DNA of 62,679 bases, counting the filler, from a bacterium (GTDB lineage Bacteria > JALSQH01), in NCBI GenBank assembly GCA_027004335.1. It is 12 parts of 12 records of this genome, joined end to end, with 100 filler letters (N's around TTAATTAATTAA, not from the genome) between each part and the next. Parts side by side here need not be neighbours in the genome. Positions count along the whole stretch, not along the records: positions 59,690 to 62,679 come from JALTID010000164.1; 11 more parts are not named here. One strand, given 5' to 3'. Below are positions 60,482 through 62,679 of the stretch, one piece after another; the first letter of the stretch is position 1, and every line of letters starts with the position of its first letter. Both the position numbers and the translations under genes were made by a program. The notes below the pieces were generated by a model. It was not told where the DNA came from, made no database searches, and was given only the letters and a program-made list of their open reading frames with translations.

Positions 60482-62503
60482 TCAAAATGTCAAGGCTATT
60501 TTAAAACCCTCATGAATTGCGTCCTGGAGCTTCCTTACTTTTTTAGCATCACCAATTATATGCACTTTTTCTCCCATTTTTTCTTTCAATTTTTCAAAAA
60601 GTTCGTTGCTTGGTTTGTATCCAACTGCAGTTATTACTGTATCTGCAGGGATCAGATATTCTCCTTCAGCCTCGCTTTCTACCTTTACTCCATCTTCTTT
60701 TATCTCTCTGGCGGTGGTTTTTGTCAACATTTTTACACCTGCCCTGCTGAGTTCTTTAAGAGCGACCCAGCGGGTAGATTTTCCAATATCTCTTCCTATT
60801 GCTTCAAGCATTTCAACGATGATTATTTCTTTGAAACTCTTCTGGGCGAGCTCAGTTACCCTCCTGCAATCTTCAGCTTCCCATTTGAGAAGAAATTTTG
60901 TCTGGTCCCCGTTTATCTGGGTCCTATCTACAAGAAATAAACCGACATCTACACCAACAGCCCCCCCTCCTATTATTACGATTCTATCTCCTAATATTGC
61001 ATTCCCCTTTAATACATCTTCTGCTTTTAAAACATGAGGGAGATTAATCCCGGGAATAGGTGGTATTATTGGCGTTCCGCCAGTGGCAATAATTACCTCA
61101 TCTGGGTTTTCCTTCAGGATCATCTCTTCGGTGGCCTTGGTGGAAGTACGGAGATCTATGCCCAATTGCGAAGCCTGGATCTTGTAGTATTCAATTAATC
61201 TTGCAAATTCTCTCTTATCAGGTGGTGCTGATGCTACTTCAAGTTGACCTCCTATTTCCGGCTTTTTTTCAAATACGACAACATCATGACCTCTTTCTGC
61301 TGCAGTAATGGCTGCTGACATCCCTCCAGCTCCACCTCCTACAATTACCACTTTTTTCTTCTCGCTGGCTGGTGGGAGGGTATCATCAGTTATTTCACTT
61401 TCTTTTCCCGCAAATGGATTAACTGTGCATCCCACCTCCTGCCCCATAAATACTGCATCAAAACAGAGTTGATTACATGCAATGCATGGTCTAATATCTT
61501 CTAATTTCCCATCTTTTGCTTTTTTTACAATATAAGGATCAGCTATAAGGGGTCTTCCGAAATTTACCATATCTCCCCATCCTTCCCTCAGTAATCTTTC
61601 AGCTAAATTCAGTGTGGCGAGTCTATTAGAGATAATAACTGGTTTTCCGGTAACTTTCCTTATTCCCTGCGCAAGATATGCATATCCAGCCCTTGGAACT
61701 GCCCCTGTTATCTGTGGAACATGAGTCTCATGCCATCCTCCTGTTACATTTATAAGATCCACCCCTGCATCTGCGAAATATTTTACTGCCTCAAGAATAT
61801 CCTTTGAGGTGTTACCTCCTCTCATAAAATCACTTCCCCCCTGTCTGAGAATGATGGGATAATCTTCTCCCACAGCTTCTCTGACCTTTTTGATAATTTC
61901 TACACCAAATCTAACTCTGTTTTCAAGAGAACCTCCATATTCATCATTTCTTAAGTTCGTTAGAGGAGATAAAAATTGAGAGATGATATAGCCAGCTGAT
62001 CCTAACAACTCAACTGCGTCAAATCCTGCTCTTTCAGCTCTTTCTGCTGCCTCAGCAAAATCATCCTCCAATTGTTTTATCTCTTCAACGGTTAATTCCC
62101 GCGGCATTTCTTTGGTTAATCTTGATGCCACGGCAGAAGGGGCTACTGCCTGTTCCCCTATCAAAAAGGAAAAAGCATATCTTCCAGCATGATATAGCTG
62201 TGCTGCCACCTTTGTTTCACTTGCCCTGTGGATTTCTTCGGTGAATTTTTTTAATCCTGGCAAAAATGAATCATCATGTAAGCCTACTAAAATGGGACCA
62301 CCTGCTGTTTTGTTGATACTACATCCACCTATTACAATAAGTCCCACCTCTCCTTTTGCTCTTTCCCTGTAAAAAGCAATAAATTTTTCTGTTATTTCTC
62401 CTCCAGGTGTGAAATTCAGATGCATGGATGGCATTCCCACTCTGTTTACAATTTCCATTTTTTTAACTTTAATTGGCCTGAAGAGCATTTCAAATTTTCC
62501 CAT
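60482..62503 (-). CDS. fadH: 2,4-dienoyl-CoA reductase-like flavoprotein (OYE plus Fe-S plus FAD/NAD(P) domains)
   Basis: QL.HAGRYA, GY...QFLSP.TN.R.DEYGG, CIACNQ.C, C.VNP, GGG.GG, IGGG.VG; start ATG 62503 by RBS. Confidence 0.88.
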   Translation of the reverse strand: MGKFEMLFRPIKVKKMEIVNRVGMPSMHLNFTPGGEITEKFIAFYRERAKGEVGLIVIGGCSINKTAGGPILVGLHDDSFLPGLKKFTEEIHRASETKVAAQLYHAGRYAFSFLIGEQAVAPSAVASRLTKEMPRELTVEEIKQLEDDFAEAAERAERAGFDAVELLGSAGYIISQFLSPLTNLRNDEYGGSLENRVRFGVEIIKKVREAVGEDYPIILRQGGSDFMRGGNTSKDILEAVKYFADAGVDLINVTGGWHETHVPQITGAVPRAGYAYLAQGIRKVTGKPVIISNRLATLNLAERLLREGWGDMVNFGRPLIADPYIVKKAKDGKLEDIRPCIACNQLCFDAVFMGQEVGCTVNPFAGKESEITDDTLPPASEKKKVVIVGGGAGGMSAAITAAERGHDVVVFEKKPEIGGQLEVASAPPDKREFARLIEYYKIQASQLGIDLRTSTKATEEMILKENPDEVIIATGGTPIIPPIPGINLPHVLKAEDVLKGNAILGDRIVIIGGGAVGVDVGLFLVDRTQINGDQTKFLLKWEAEDCRRVTELAQKSFKEIIIVEMLEAIGRDIGKSTRWVALKELSRAGVKMLTKTTAREIKEDGVKVESEAEGEYLIPADTVITAVGYKPSNELFEKLKEKMGEKVHIIGDAKKVRKLQDAIHEGFKIALTF

Positions 62504-62616
62504 TTTTTCACCCCTTTCCTGAGTTTTCTTAATTATACACAATAGCACTTTTTGTGGAAAGTTTTCATCGGTGTTCCTGGTAAGATTGTTCCCCTGAATT
62601 TTTTTATAAATTTGTA

Positions 62617-62645
62617 TTGACAATTATAAAAGATTTCGCTAAAAT
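62617..62645 (+). promoter_or_regulatory. Sigma-70 promoter of a gene starting at 62676 (continues outside window)
   Basis: TTGACA-17 bp-TAAAAT, GGGAGG RBS, ATG 62676. Confidence 0.7.
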
Positions 62646-62679
62646 TGAAATAATGAGTGAAGGGAGGTCAGGGTTATGA

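Noticed and set aside
1-62679. CRISPR array, cas genes, rRNA, prophage
   Set aside because: No regularly spaced direct repeats or recognisable proteins found by eye

Overview
This 62.7 kb window is not one locus. It is 12 separate contigs (about 3 kb and 9 kb) joined by an artificial 100-nt spacer (N44-TTAATTAATTAA-N44), so gene adjacency is only meaningful within a contig. The DNA is AT-rich and bacterial, with Lys/Glu-rich proteins. Gene content and order (obg-proB-proA-nadD-rsfS-rlmH; ptsN-hprK-rapZ-mannose-class PTS; alr-mlaE-mlaF; a DUF4388 signalling protein; superoxide reductase plus peroxiredoxin) suggest an anaerobic, possibly thermophilic deltaproteobacterium in the broad sense (inference only). 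Most of the window is housekeeping or metabolic genes plus one tRNA-Arg(CCG). No CRISPR array or rRNA was seen. The main leads are: (1) a sigma-54 enhancer-binding protein with an unrecognised N-terminal domain, divergent from a MoxR AAA+ gene that has a -24/-12 promoter and a 31-bp tandem candidate enhancer; (2) a PTS operon whose Enzyme I keeps only the N-terminal His domain and lacks the PEP-binding domain; (3) a pair of apparently catalytically dead signalling proteins (pseudo-REC/GAF/degenerate GGDEF, and pseudo-REC/DUF4388); (4) three pseudogenes collapsed by internal deletions (an IS256 transposase, a GH38 paralogue, a TPR paralogue) plus a second IS256 end, which the ORF track misses or shows only in part; (5) clear regulatory sites (a CRP/FNR-type box at -41.5, a PerR-like 7-1-7 box, a GTAG REP, and candidate leaderless genes).
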